Shown here one piece after another: positions 49,038-59,133 of a DNA stretch of 64,000 nt (position 1 is the stretch's first letter; each line of letters starts with the position of its first letter). Under the pieces are notes generated by a model. It had not been told where the DNA came from and did not search any database. It saw only the letters and a program-made list of their open reading frames with translations. The stretch spans positions 1-64,000 of IMG/VR virus record IMGVR_UViG_3300049846_001037. One strand, written 5' to 3'. The translations under genes were made by a program, and so were the position numbers.

Positions 49038-50849
49038 TTATAGCTGCGTCCTGATTGTGAACGTGACTTTGATCCTGTTCAATGGGAAGACAGGAACATA
49101 CTGGACCGTTGACAAAATCTCAGTGGGGTTAGACGGGTTAACTGTAACCGTGATGGCCCCGATTGAGCTGATGATGTTGTCTTGAGCCAATTGCTGCATT
49201 GTTGCAAGGATGGTTGACTTGACTGCTGGAACAACAATTGCAGGAATCAACTTCTTGCCGATGTATTGCTCAGTTGTGTATCTGACAGCCTGTGAAACGA
49301 AGTCTGTCAAGGTAACGACTGAGAACTCACCGACTGCTGGATTGGACTGGTCAGTAGTTAGCTGATGTCTGACAAATATGTTGGATCCCAATTTGTCGAT
49401 AACGCAAACACCAGCGCCACCCAAAATGTCCTTCTCAATTTCGAGATAGGTATCGTTGGGGTGTTCCGTTGTCGCAGCGGAGATGTTAACGAAGTTAGAC
49501 AACCTCTGGCGAGTCAATGGTGTAGCAACGTCAGATAGAGGATTGCAGGACAAAGCACCGAAGGCGGTAGCCAAGAATGCGCTATCGACAACGATGTTCT
49601 GGAACCTGCCGTTTGGATCCTGAATCTGGACGGTGCACTTGCCAGGAGCAATGAGCGTTGATCTCTTGTCGTGTAGTGAGTTTTGAGCTTCGAAAACGTA
49701 GGTGTCAACAGTGTCATTGTCACCAACGTTAGCAACACCTAGCGAACCAACAGAAACTCTTTCCTTCTTGTTCTGTGGGCTCGACATGGTTTCGCAGTGC
49801 AACAAAACAGCCTGAAGGATAAGCGACTTCTCAGAAGTCGTTATCTCGTTCAAGCTGGCTCCGCTGCCGACTGTCAAAGGAACAATGATGTCAACCGTTG
49901 AACCCTGCAACTGATTGAGCGAAGCCTGGAAGTCACCAGTTGTTGTTCCAACTCCAGACATCTGAGTTAGGTTAACAACTGAGGCTCCGTTGGCAAAAGC
50001 CAATCTTGCGCCCAAAGTCAATGGGTTCAAATGGTTTAGAACGTAGTTACCCTGACCGGCTCCAGAGGCGATCAAAGTCCACTCAGCCTCAGGACCGTAT
50101 TCCTGAACCACAAGGCTGTAGTCAACAAAGTTCTTTGGAGCATAGTCAGAACCGCTCTTAGCGTAGGTGTAGTCAACAAAGTAGGTTCCCGATAGAGCAG
50201 GAACGGTTGCATATGAATAGCCATAGGCAGTTGATGGAACAGCACCCCATAGCAATGTGCCGCTTGGGCTTAGAACATAGCCGCTGTTGTCTCTTCCAAA
50301 GCCAAGTGAATCAACTCCAGAGACAGTGCCAGAAGCAGGATAGACATAGCCGCTCGTACCAGTGACCGAAACAATGGTCACGCCAGAGTATGAAAGAGCT
50401 ACGTCATGGTTAGAGGTCTGAGTTACCAACTCTCCTTGAACGAGAGTATACATTCCAGTACCAGCTAAGCTTCCCGTGTAGGTCACGTAGAATGAAGCTC
50501 CAACTGCTGGGGTGGTGGAAGCGGGGTATTGGTTGGCGGCCGTGGACCAAACGATTTGGTCGCCAGAAAGGAAGTATCCGCCACCATAAGCACCAGTGCC
50601 CGTTGTGGGCCAATCAACTCTTGCGCCACCAGCGCCTGAGTAATCGTAAACAGAATTGATTGATGTTATTCCTGAGTGTGCTAATGTGTCAGATACTCTG
50701 GAGATCGGTTGAAAGACTGACTCACCAAAGGTGTCTTTGGTGGTGCGGCCCAAGCCGATCAAAGATAGAATGCGAGTACCACCAGGTAGCTGAACGATAT
50801 TGCTATCGATTTCAACTTCGGTGGTTACTCCCGGAGGGGTATAAGCCAT
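49038..50849 (-). CDS. Tail sheath protein
   Basis: N-terminal Y.PPGV..E; HCETMSS..NKKER; VRHQLTTD; C-terminal YVPVFPLNRIKVTF. Confidence 0.93.
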   Translation of the reverse strand: MAYTPPGVTTEVEIDSNIVQLPGGTRILSLIGLGRTTKDTFGESVFQPISRVSDTLAHSGITSINSVYDYSGAGGARVDWPTTGTGAYGGGYFLSGDQIVWSTAANQYPASTTPAVGASFYVTYTGSLAGTGMYTLVQGELVTQTSNHDVALSYSGVTIVSVTGTSGYVYPASGTVSGVDSLGFGRDNSGYVLSPSGTLLWGAVPSTAYGYSYATVPALSGTYFVDYTYAKSGSDYAPKNFVDYSLVVQEYGPEAEWTLIASGAGQGNYVLNHLNPLTLGARLAFANGASVVNLTQMSGVGTTTGDFQASLNQLQGSTVDIIVPLTVGSGASLNEITTSEKSLILQAVLLHCETMSSPQNKKERVSVGSLGVANVGDNDTVDTYVFEAQNSLHDKRSTLIAPGKCTVQIQDPNGRFQNIVVDSAFLATAFGALSCNPLSDVATPLTRQRLSNFVNISAATTEHPNDTYLEIEKDILGGAGVCVIDKLGSNIFVRHQLTTDQSNPAVGEFSVVTLTDFVSQAVRYTTEQYIGKKLIPAIVVPAVKSTILATMQQLAQDNIISSIGAITVTVNPSNPTEILSTVQYVPVFPLNRIKVTFTIRTQL

Positions 50850-50982
50850 CTGTTTGCTCCTTAGTTGCTTGTCGTAAATTTTTTGACTTCGGTTGAGCCG
50901 AGTTTCACTTTTTTGAGACAGTTGTTAACTAGGAAAAACATAAAAATACAATAGAAAAACAGGTGTATTTCTGAATCTACAA

Positions 50983-50999
50983 TACTAGATTTTTATAAA
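50983..50999 (-). promoter_or_regulatory. Putative phage late promoter (TTTATAA-AAATC-TAGTA)
   Basis: Motif copy about 135 nt upstream of the sheath start. Confidence 0.65.
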
Positions 51000-51021
51000 A
51001 TAATGAGCTTTTCCCAATGAG

Positions 51022-52197
51022 TTATATATTGATTTGAGGAGTTATATTTAACACGTTGGGAACAACTGGATTTGTAAAGGCCAAATTGGTGTAAACCGCT
51101 GGGGCCATGTAGGGGTAGATGGGATAGTTGCCCGATGGAATGGCTGTTCCAGAGGCAGAAGTAATGATATCTACGCTCCTGTAATCAGTCCAGAATATGA
51201 AGCCATCGCAGCTAACAGAAGTGGAGAAGATGTGGTCGTTGATGTAGTCTTCCTCTCCCTGCCCGCCCTGAGCCCACGAAGTAAAATTGAAACCAGCAGA
51301 GTCATAAGGCTTTTTCTTCTTTTCTACCAAAAACCTCTCTACTAAGTCTCCAAGTTCCTGAGCCTCAATTGTCGATCCAGCATAGCATTCAAACTGAATA
51401 GACATCTCATAAATGCCACCATAAGTAGCATAAGTCATCTGGTCCTGGTAGTAGGTTTGAACCTGATATTGATCTCCAGCCCAAAGAACATCGTTCAACT
51501 TGATGACGGTTCCTGTTAGTCCAGGCACAAGGCCGCTGGCATTCACAATGAATTGGTCTGGCTCAACTGCCTGTATGACGGTTCCTGTGATGCTGGTTCC
51601 ACTGTAAATGAGATAGAACTGGTCTTGGTTTGCGCTGATGGCTACACCAATTGTGTGGATGCCTGTGCCAGATGGAGTAATTGGATTTGGAGTTCCATCT
51701 TCTCTGGGACATTCTAAAGCATAGATGAGCGAAGATGGGTCGTAGGTGTTTGGTGGCGGAAGCGTTATGATGATGCCAGTTGAGACTCCGCTATTGAAGT
51801 TGACACCCGTTCCACTAGTAAAAATGGCTTGAGTGATGTCTGTTCCAGTTGGGTATCCAATGGTGGGGTCAAGAGCCCAACGTGGATCATAGTCAAGTGT
51901 GTCGGGTAGATTTGTCCTCTGTAGATTGTCGCCAACCAGATCGTTGTCTGCCTGTATTGGGATCAACTGGACTCTTCCATAAATGTCTTGAATGAAGTCG
52001 TCGTAATGAATACGCCTCTGGTTGTTGCTTACATTCTTAACGATGATGGATGGAATACGTGCAGCCTCAAGACTGAACCTGTCAGAGACCTGTGTCTGCT
52101 GATACAGTCGGCTCTTACGTGCTTCCTTCCTGATGAAGTCAACCAAAAGGTCGATGATCTTCTTGGTGACGACTGAATGGTTTAGAATGAAAGACAT
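51022..52197 (-). CDS. Tail terminator/completion protein (gp15-like) with insertion
   Basis: RIPSIIVK...YEMSIQFECYAGSTIEAQELGDLV; immediately upstream of the sheath. Confidence 0.65.
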   Translation of the reverse strand: MSFILNHSVVTKKIIDLLVDFIRKEARKSRLYQQTQVSDRFSLEAARIPSIIVKNVSNNQRRIHYDDFIQDIYGRVQLIPIQADNDLVGDNLQRTNLPDTLDYDPRWALDPTIGYPTGTDITQAIFTSGTGVNFNSGVSTGIIITLPPPNTYDPSSLIYALECPREDGTPNPITPSGTGIHTIGVAISANQDQFYLIYSGTSITGTVIQAVEPDQFIVNASGLVPGLTGTVIKLNDVLWAGDQYQVQTYYQDQMTYATYGGIYEMSIQFECYAGSTIEAQELGDLVERFLVEKKKKPYDSAGFNFTSWAQGGQGEEDYINDHIFSTSVSCDGFIFWTDYRSVDIITSASGTAIPSGNYPIYPYMAPAVYTNLAFTNPVVPNVLNITPQINI

Positions 52198-52751
52198 TAC
52201 TTGGACGCCCCTATGATTTTAGATATGTCCCCGATGTTATGCTTTGTCTGCTGGTCCTTGTTCTCTTGGTCATACAAGAAAGTTACCACTTCCCTGTTGG
52301 TCACAACGACAATGAAGTTTGGAAGCAGTCTTATGCCCTGACTATTGTCTCCAGATATACGCTGGCCAAGGTTTAACTTTTTCAACAACTCAAACAACTG
52401 TTCTCTGGTCAAATATGGCGAGAACCTTTGGTTGTATCTGTCCTGAGCATGAACCGACATCGAAAAGCCAAACTTATCCTTTTCATCTTGGATGTAGTCA
52501 AAGCTAGTGAAACTTGACTTCATGCTTTCAATGTCCAACTTCATCTCAGCGGCCTCTTGCTTTAGCTGCTGGATGTACTTCTCTATCTTTCTGTACTCGT
52601 CTTCACTAGAAGCATTCTGTAGATAGTTCTGCTGTATCTCAATGGCTTGAGTTACATAGCGATACCTCTTCTGCGTATCCTTTAGCTTGTCCTCAAGCGT
52701 CTTATACTTTGGGTCAAGCGCAATGATGCTTCTGAATGAGATGATGATCAT
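52197..52751 (-). CDS. Coiled-coil protein with C-terminal RelE/DUF4258-like domain
   Basis: SVHAQDRYNQRF...FIVVV...VVTFLY; N-terminal ISFRS leader variant. Confidence 0.45.
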   Translation of the reverse strand: MIIISFRSIIALDPKYKTLEDKLKDTQKRYRYVTQAIEIQQNYLQNASSEDEYRKIEKYIQQLKQEAAEMKLDIESMKSSFTSFDYIQDEKDKFGFSMSVHAQDRYNQRFSPYLTREQLFELLKKLNLGQRISGDNSQGIRLLPNFIVVVTNREVVTFLYDQENKDQQTKHNIGDISKIIGASK

Positions 52752-53521
52752 GATAGGAAGTTTGGCAGAGCAAAGATCTTCTGGGCAAGGCCAGGATCGG
52801 CTCTGGTCACATCAAATTCAAGGTGTAGTAACTTGTTTGAGTCAACCAAGCTGTAGCTTACGTTTGTGGCAATGTAGCGTCCGAGTTCTCTAACGGGAAC
52901 ACCCGTCTCAGGGTCGAACATATAGCGTATCATGATATCTCTGTCACTAATGATGTTGACATATTCTCCATTGCAATTTCTGATTGGAACAGTCCAGAAG
53001 TGCATGTTGTGTTCGATCATCAAGCCCTTGTCCTTGGAGGCCAACTTCTGGGCAGTCATGCCCTCATTGACAAAGAACATCTTGTCATCCCTTTCTGGAT
53101 TCATGAGAAGTTCATAGCCGCCAAGTACTGGAATATTGGGGTCTCTCTTGGTGATACCAAAACCATTGCAGATGGGACAGTTGCTACGGGCTTGCTGGCG
53201 TACCTTGTCCCAGCAAAATGCGCAGCGCTTGTAGCCTGGGTCGGCATCCTTGTCTGGAATGATGAGTTCCCTGTAAAGTATTACTAGCTCACCAAGCGAC
53301 TCCAATAACTGCTTTTCCCTATTGATCTGCTCATCCCAAACCGTTATTGGCAGACCAGTAATGGGGTCAGTGCCAAGGCGTGACCTGATGAAGCAATTGT
53401 CAAAAGACGCCTTCATTGGATTCTCGAAGCAATCCATGTAAGAACGGTGCTTTCCTCTGATTGGGTTATCAGGGATAGGGTTGCCGTTGCCGTCTGTTAT
53501 TTTGCAATTACTAGGAGCCAT
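52748..53521 (-). CDS. Neck/head closure protein with Zn-ribbon
   Basis: LGELVILYR, CAFCWD...CPICNGFG, FWT, RY....V; position between adaptor and terminator. Confidence 0.65.
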   Translation of the reverse strand: MAPSNCKITDGNGNPIPDNPIRGKHRSYMDCFENPMKASFDNCFIRSRLGTDPITGLPITVWDEQINREKQLLESLGELVILYRELIIPDKDADPGYKRCAFCWDKVRQQARSNCPICNGFGITKRDPNIPVLGGYELLMNPERDDKMFFVNEGMTAQKLASKDKGLMIEHNMHFWTVPIRNCNGEYVNIISDRDIMIRYMFDPETGVPVRELGRYIATNVSYSLVDSNKLLHLEFDVTRADPGLAQKIFALPNFLS

Positions 53522-53770
53522 TTAGTCCTCGAATGATATCTTTATGGTGATGGGTATCTTGGTTTCAACCATAGATCTAACTTTGTCTTCAATGTCCTTT
53601 CTCTTTATCTCAGGATCTTTTCTCATCATGTCCTGAATAATAGTGTTCACAATGGAGGACTTGACCGTGTTTAGATCGGCAACAAAGTCCTGCATGGCGT
53701 ACGTAATGTATTGCTGATGAGACTGGATATGCCTATTGCATATCTTGTCAATCTCTTTCTCGTTTATCAT
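53522..53770 (-). CDS. Hypothetical protein
   Basis: 82 aa, GAGG RBS, tiles with neighbours. Confidence 0.55.
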   Translation of the reverse strand: MINEKEIDKICNRHIQSHQQYITYAMQDFVADLNTVKSSIVNTIIQDMMRKDPEIKRKDIEDKVRSMVETKIPITIKISFED

Positions 53771-54869
53771 GTGGTGGCCTCTTTTTGCTACGAATTAGGT
53801 CTCTGTATTTTCTAACCCTATTCTGCCACTCTGGCCCATTCATCTCGTTTGAGTAGTCGTAGTTCTGCCTCAGGGGATTGGGAACACCGCTCCCCTCTAT
53901 TTGCTTTACCTTTTCATAGTATTCTGGGTCTTCAATGAGATGGTCTTTGGCTATCTCTTTTGCCAGACCTCTGTCATTTGTGTGTTCCATTTCATGGTCA
54001 GCGCCTTCTTGCAATTTCTTAGAGTCGAACTTACTGTCAGGCATCCCATCAGCAGCCCCGCCATGTAGACGGTCAACTGAGCCGGTTGACTCTAAGCCAC
54101 CTGAATTTCTGCCGAAAGAAGATATGACTTCCTGTATCGTGACAGTCTCCAGAGACCCGTCTTGGTCATGAACAACCGATATCTCTTTGTTGGATGGAAA
54201 ATTCTTGTCCTCCAAAAAAGCGGCTAGGAGAGGCATCTGTGAATCAGAGTACATCTCACAAACGAACCCAGAAACCCTAACCCAACCCTCTGTTATTAGG
54301 TAGGCTAAGAAGGCTGGCACGTCGCTGCTTAATTGCATTGCCATTCTCTTCTCTTTCTCACCCAATATGTCGGTCTGATTGATGATCCACTCTCCGTGAT
54401 GGATGTCGTCTGGTACCTCAAATGCTTGTCCATACTTATTTATCCAATAGCGTCCCATGTCTATTTTGACTGGCTGAAGTTGGCTGATGATCCTTATGGA
54501 GCCCTCACGCCTAACCTTCTCCATCTCTTCTTCTCTCAAAGACCTCGCATTGGGATCTTCTTCAAGATCTCTTTGGGCATGCCAGTCATCCACCTTCTTT
54601 TGCTCATAATATGGTATAGCCTTCTCTAATTCATTCATGGTCTTACGAAGTATCTCTATCTTCTGGTAGGTGGAAAAACCTGGACCAAGCCTATAGCCAC
54701 TCTTGGACACGTAGTATCTGTCAAGCAAATAGTGTAGCTGTTTGAACTGTGGCTCAAGCAACATGGAACCAGCGGAATCAAGCTTACGCCAGGTGTTGAG
54801 GTCTTGATCATAGTTGTTTTCATACCAACGAGGATTAAGCACGATTCCACCTTTCTCCATGAGTATCAA
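53748..54869 (-). CDS. Multidomain protein with DUF5661-like domain
   Basis: EGADHEMEHT....AKEIAKDHLIEDPEYYEK matches the DUF5661 pattern. The true start may be the GTG near 54842. Confidence 0.65.
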   Translation of the reverse strand: MILMEKGGIVLNPRWYENNYDQDLNTWRKLDSAGSMLLEPQFKQLHYLLDRYYVSKSGYRLGPGFSTYQKIEILRKTMNELEKAIPYYEQKKVDDWHAQRDLEEDPNARSLREEEMEKVRREGSIRIISQLQPVKIDMGRYWINKYGQAFEVPDDIHHGEWIINQTDILGEKEKRMAMQLSSDVPAFLAYLITEGWVRVSGFVCEMYSDSQMPLLAAFLEDKNFPSNKEISVVHDQDGSLETVTIQEVISSFGRNSGGLESTGSVDRLHGGAADGMPDSKFDSKKLQEGADHEMEHTNDRGLAKEIAKDHLIEDPEYYEKVKQIEGSGVPNPLRQNYDYSNEMNGPEWQNRVRKYRDLIRSKKRPPHDKRERD

Positions 54870-55386
54870 AGTATATTACTTCTGGACAACCAGCTGATCC
54901 AGAGGGGGTAATTTTGTAGTAATCAAAATTGCCGTCAGAATATATTGCTGGAGCGCTCATATCTATTACACCAAAATAAGCAACCGACCCGTTGATTTGG
55001 TTTTCCTCAGCGCCTTCAAACTGAAAGGTTCTATTAGTGTCTAACTGTTCTTTTGCCGACTGTCTAGCTTCTCGTGATGAGAAAGCCAGACCACCTGGAC
55101 CCGATAACAAGATGAATGCTGGCTTAATGTCCTTGTAAGATCTCACCTCATTATCATACATAGCCTTAGCCCAACTGATGACACCACACCTTTCAAGGTC
55201 TTCGACTTTGATATCTGGAAACTCTCTAGCAAGGTTTCTCTTGAACCTATCTGGGTTGATGCTGGCGTCCATCAAGATGGCAAAGAGCTGACTGCTGATC
55301 TTCTCGTGAAAAGGGGTCAGTCGTAAACATGGGTTGTTTACTGTTTCGAATGTTTGGAAGAGGTCAGCTTGTCTGTATGAAATCAT
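54835..55386 (-). CDS. Orphan protein with MISYRQADL leader
   Basis: 183 aa; leader shared with 56602-56991 and 61902-62309. Confidence 0.65.
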   Translation of the reverse strand: MISYRQADLFQTFETVNNPCLRLTPFHEKISSQLFAILMDASINPDRFKRNLAREFPDIKVEDLERCGVISWAKAMYDNEVRSYKDIKPAFILLSGPGGLAFSSREARQSAKEQLDTNRTFQFEGAEENQINGSVAYFGVIDMSAPAIYSDGNFDYYKITPSGSAGCPEVIYFDTHGERWNRA

Positions 55387-55387
55387 C

Positions 55388-55894
55388 TTAGAAGAATCTT
55401 CTAGACCTTAGGTGTCTCATACGGACAAAGTTTGGATTTGGAACAAGCGTTCTTGTGCTGCCGATTCCAAGCAGAGCTGGTCTCTCATTGGCTTTGATTC
55501 TCTCTTTCTCGGCCTGATACTTGGCTTCGTTCTGCTGGGCAATATTCATCATGTGGCCAGGAAGGTCTGGCGGATTGTAGTTGATGCCCTGATCGCCGAC
55601 CGTGAAGTTTCTTGCCTTCTCTGTGATGCTCTGAGCCTGTAAAGCAAAGACATAGGCTCCCAAGATGATGACGTTGATCCAATCTCTTGGTACAGTATCG
55701 AGGGTGTAGAATGTCTTGGTAGGATGTGAGTTGACATCCTGCAAAGCCAAATCAATGTAGGCAAACAATTGAGCGTCGTCAAAAATTTGGCAAGCCTCAT
55801 CGGTGTCATTCAAGACACTCCTGAGGTAGCTGATCATGTGATTTTCTCTATCTGAGTAGAGGTCATCACTGAGAGGAAATAGAATTGTGGGCAT
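55388..55894 (-). CDS. Head-tail adaptor (neck) protein
   Basis: LRSVLND....IFDDAQL...IDLALQDVN..P, helical; F...DQGI.Y motif; AAGGAG RBS. Confidence 0.7.
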   Translation of the reverse strand: MPTILFPLSDDLYSDRENHMISYLRSVLNDTDEACQIFDDAQLFAYIDLALQDVNSHPTKTFYTLDTVPRDWINVIILGAYVFALQAQSITEKARNFTVGDQGINYNPPDLPGHMMNIAQQNEAKYQAEKERIKANERPALLGIGSTRTLVPNPNFVRMRHLRSRRFF

Positions 55895-55904
55895 CTGTGG
55901 CTCC

Positions 55905-56591
55905 TTAGATTACCTTTCTGAATTCACGCATTTCTTTTAAGCCGAGACCTTTGTAGGTAAAGACATATTCTCCCGGCGATAGTGTCATCTTCCAAACTCC
56001 GTTGTCGTCAGTAATAGCAGACGATATCTTTACGTTGTTTGGGCTCTTGGGCATGAATGTGTTCTTCTCAAACACATTGACATGAACACCAGCAAGTGGC
56101 TTGTTGAACACGTCCACCACTACATCCTCAACCTCAATTCTTCCATTAGATCTCTTGGGTTGGTCTATCTTAAAGTTCTTGATGTCAAAACTTTCTGGGA
56201 TATGGTCCTCTGCAGGCTTCTCAGCAGCAGGGCTTGGCGTTGGTGGAAGGTCTTCTTTGATGGCATTTGATGTTATAGCTGAGTTCTCTATGACCTCAAA
56301 TGTCTCAGTAGCTTCCGTGACATTGCTAATGCTACCAGGATGTTTCGCCTGAATGTGAACCACATAATTGCCAGGTTGGGCATGGGGCGGTATTGTAAAC
56401 TCATACAAATACTTTCCAGTGCCAACTTGCTTCATGGGCGTCTCGTTCAAGATATTCAAAAGCTCTCGATGGCTCTTGTCAAAGAACTGAATGTCAACTC
56501 TGACGTTATCCATCTCAACAGCTTTTTGATGGCTATCTTGAAAGGCGGCCGGTATCTTTACTACCATTCCATTTGAAAATCTTCCTAGCAT
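55905..56591 (-). CDS. Ig-like/carboxypeptidase-regulatory-like domain virion protein
   Basis: GTGKYLYEFTIP...PGNY and PLAGVHV...TDDNGVW...L.PGEY motifs. Confidence 0.6.
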   Translation of the reverse strand: MLGRFSNGMVVKIPAAFQDSHQKAVEMDNVRVDIQFFDKSHRELLNILNETPMKQVGTGKYLYEFTIPPHAQPGNYVVHIQAKHPGSISNVTEATETFEVIENSAITSNAIKEDLPPTPSPAAEKPAEDHIPESFDIKNFKIDQPKRSNGRIEVEDVVVDVFNKPLAGVHVNVFEKNTFMPKSPNNVKISSAITDDNGVWKMTLSPGEYVFTYKGLGLKEMREFRKVI

Positions 56592-56601
56592 TTCCCTCTC
56601 C

Positions 56602-56991
56602 TTATCTAAACCCGAATCTTAGTCTGATCTCCTTGATCTTTGTTGATGGAACCCATCCTACATCGTTCTCGGCATAGTCAACTCCCACTTCTCCCCTGAG
56701 AGCCTTAAAGAACTTAAAGTAGGCCATTTCGGCATCAGCCATACTTTGCAAATCCTCTGTGGTAAACTTGCCGGGCGCTGGCTCAGAAAAACCACAAGAC
56801 GAAAGAACGGAAGCCAAAAGATCTTTTACATTCCCCTTTGCCTCTGGTTTATCACACTCTAAAGTGGAAAGGTCAACAGAGGCATGGAATGGGCCAGCAT
56901 TAGCGGGTCTACCCATACGACACTTGACAGAGCAATTTGACTGAGATATCTCAAGTGTCCTAAAGAGATCGGCTTGTCTATAGCTTATCAT
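56602..56991 (-). CDS. Orphan protein with MISYRQADL leader
   Basis: 129 aa; ATGA overlap with the upstream gene. Confidence 0.65.
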   Translation of the reverse strand: MISYRQADLFRTLEISQSNCSVKCRMGRPANAGPFHASVDLSTLECDKPEAKGNVKDLLASVLSSCGFSEPAPGKFTTEDLQSMADAEMAYFKFFKALRGEVGVDYAENDVGWVPSTKIKEIRLRFGFR

Positions 56992-57905
56992 ATCAAAAAG
57001 TTATACTGAGATGTGCCTAGGTAACGGAAGTTAGACGAAGAAGCGCTGGCAAAGGCAGAGTCAACGTCAATGTCGTAGGCAGTCTTGTATACCTTGTTAT
57101 CCTGCTGAGTTCCCTCAACCAACAATACGTATGTTCCTGGGTTGGCTGTCATCGTGAAGGTTCCACTGACATTTGTGTATGCAATCTCTATTGCATCGGC
57201 TGTGGTTAGAGTTCTAGCACCCTTCTCAAATAGTGAAATTCTCATGCCAGACAAACCAACACCATACTCAGTTGTGTAAGTATCAGAAATTACAAGTGAT
57301 CCATTGTTGACCTGAACAAGCGTAATGTCACCGAAGTTGAATGTTGGGTTGCCGCTTGGAACTGTTTTAGCCACCGTATTGGACAGGTATCCAGAGGCGC
57401 TATAGGTGGCATAGTAGTCACCTGGATTGAGATAGACCGTGTAAAGGCCACTGACAGTCACGGTAGAAGCAACCACGTTGTTGGTGCCACCAAAGGCAGC
57501 AATTGAAACCGCAGCATTGTTGATGCCCGATCCACTCGTGTTGATGACGTTGCCAGAGACGATGACTGATCCAGGTATGTTAACAGAAGCACCCGAAAGC
57601 AAGGGAAGAACACTGAACGAATCAGTGTACTCTAGCGAGTTGCCGCTGTACATGGCTCTGTAGTCAACAACTCTGTTTGTTATCGTGGCGTTAGGTGAAA
57701 CTGAATAGAGATAATAGAATCTATTGAGGTTGTCTGGATCTTGAGTCATTGTTCCAGAGGTAACATCAAAAACCTTAGTGCCAGCACCGATATAGTAGTA
57801 GACATCAAGCGATGCGCCAGACACACCAACGTTGATGGGGTTTCCATCGGCGTCTAGGAAGTTGGCAAAAAGTGTTACTTGAGTTCCTTGGAAGAAGTCT
57901 GACAT
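56988..57905 (-). CDS. Virion protein with tandem Ig-like/carboxypeptidase-regulatory-like domains
   Basis: VSGNV....G.GI..A.V...GLYTV.LNPGDY....SASGY, repeated; SG-rich. Confidence 0.65.
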   Translation of the reverse strand: MSDFFQGTQVTLFANFLDADGNPINVGVSGASLDVYYYIGAGTKVFDVTSGTMTQDPDNLNRFYYLYSVSPNATITNRVVDYRAMYSGNSLEYTDSFSVLPLLSGASVNIPGSVIVSGNVINTSGSGINNAAVSIAAFGGTNNVVASTVTVSGLYTVYLNPGDYYATYSASGYLSNTVAKTVPSGNPTFNFGDITLVQVNNGSLVISDTYTTEYGVGLSGMRISLFEKGARTLTTADAIEIAYTNVSGTFTMTANPGTYVLLVEGTQQDNKVYKTAYDIDVDSAFASASSSNFRYLGTSQYNFLI

Positions 57906-57914
57906 TGTTCCCTC

Positions 57915-59132
57915 TTAGAATATGAATTTCGTCTGGAGTTTCTTGCCGTTAATATCAACGATGTAGTGTCCTTTGTTCCATGCGGTTCCCTCAACGGCCC
58001 TGATGGTTCCAAATAGGTGTATCTTATCTGCGTCTACCAGCATGCTGTATATGGTCGGCGGCTGAAATGATTGAAACGGTGTTGGTGGAATGTAGTAAAT
58101 GGTAGACCAATTGCTGAGTTGAATGAAGTCTCCAACTGGGTTTCCACTTGTATCAAACGCAGCAAAGCTATGTCTCGGCACCCTACTCTGAGCTCCGCTT
58201 ATGTTTTTGACATCCGTGAACATTCCACATATATAAACCCTATCATTATTGAATATCATCTGAAAAATCCTATTGTCACCAATGAACTGATTTTTCATGA
58301 TACTAAAGTTTGGGGTCGTAATGGCAGCACCGGTGATGTAGTTTGTAGCTAAGGGAGAATAGTTACTCATTGATAATCCAGCTATCGTTGCGCCTTGTCC
58401 AGCAGAAACATACACTCTTGAATTGTTGTAAAAAACAAAGTCTGGTTGAGTGTTTGCAGAAACAGTCCAAGAGTATTGGGTTATGGAGCTTGGATTTGAA
58501 ACATTGAACGACTGCAAATACGTTGGGTAAATGAATGTACTAACATAAAGAATGCTAGTCGAAGGATTGAGGCTCATAGAGAGTATTCTTCCAGATATAT
58601 AGTTCGTCGGCGTTGAAGTGGGCGACATCTGGTAAAAATACGAGGTTAAATTTGTTAGGTTCACACCTATAAAATGGTAAATGTTAGTAGAGCCATTATA
58701 CAGAATGAACATGCCTCCAGCCCAAACCGTGTTGGTGTTGCTGTCATACTCAAGACAAGATATGACTGGAAATGGCATTGCAGATGCAACTATTGAGTAT
58801 TGGTTCTCAGGTAACAGTGCTGTAAATGTGTCTGTTGAGATTTGATAGAGAGTCATGAAGAGATTTGGTGATCCATCTACCTTCTTGAAAGCACCACCAA
58901 GAACTATCAGATCTCCTGATATCTGCTTGATGACACTGATTTGTCCGTCAAACGTATGCGATATTGGATCAAGGTTTCCAGAAACGAGATCGATGACGGC
59001 AAAATTAGACCTTGGTTGTCCATTAATTGACACAAAGTTACCGCCAAGGAATGCCTTGTCCCCTACTTTAATAGAGGAAAAAACAGACCCTACGATGCCA
59101 TTAATGCCTTTTATGTCCAACTGGTTTATCAT
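57915..59132 (-). CDS. Beta-propeller protein (fibre-associated adhesin candidate)
   Basis: Repeated blades LGGNF..ING..R..FA, LGGAF..VDG, AGGMF, ICGMF. Start moved to ATG 59132 (TAAT-ATG). Confidence 0.6.
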   Translation of the reverse strand: MINQLDIKGINGIVGSVFSSIKVGDKAFLGGNFVSINGQPRSNFAVIDLVSGNLDPISHTFDGQISVIKQISGDLIVLGGAFKKVDGSPNLFMTLYQISTDTFTALLPENQYSIVASAMPFPVISCLEYDSNTNTVWAGGMFILYNGSTNIYHFIGVNLTNLTSYFYQMSPTSTPTNYISGRILSMSLNPSTSILYVSTFIYPTYLQSFNVSNPSSITQYSWTVSANTQPDFVFYNNSRVYVSAGQGATIAGLSMSNYSPLATNYITGAAITTPNFSIMKNQFIGDNRIFQMIFNNDRVYICGMFTDVKNISGAQSRVPRHSFAAFDTSGNPVGDFIQLSNWSTIYYIPPTPFQSFQPPTIYSMLVDADKIHLFGTIRAVEGTAWNKGHYIVDINGKKLQTKFIF

Positions 59133-59133
59133 A

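Noticed and set aside
33307-50849. Extracellular contractile injection system or tailocin
   Set aside because: Capsid, decoration and neck genes are in the same operon, indicating a phage.
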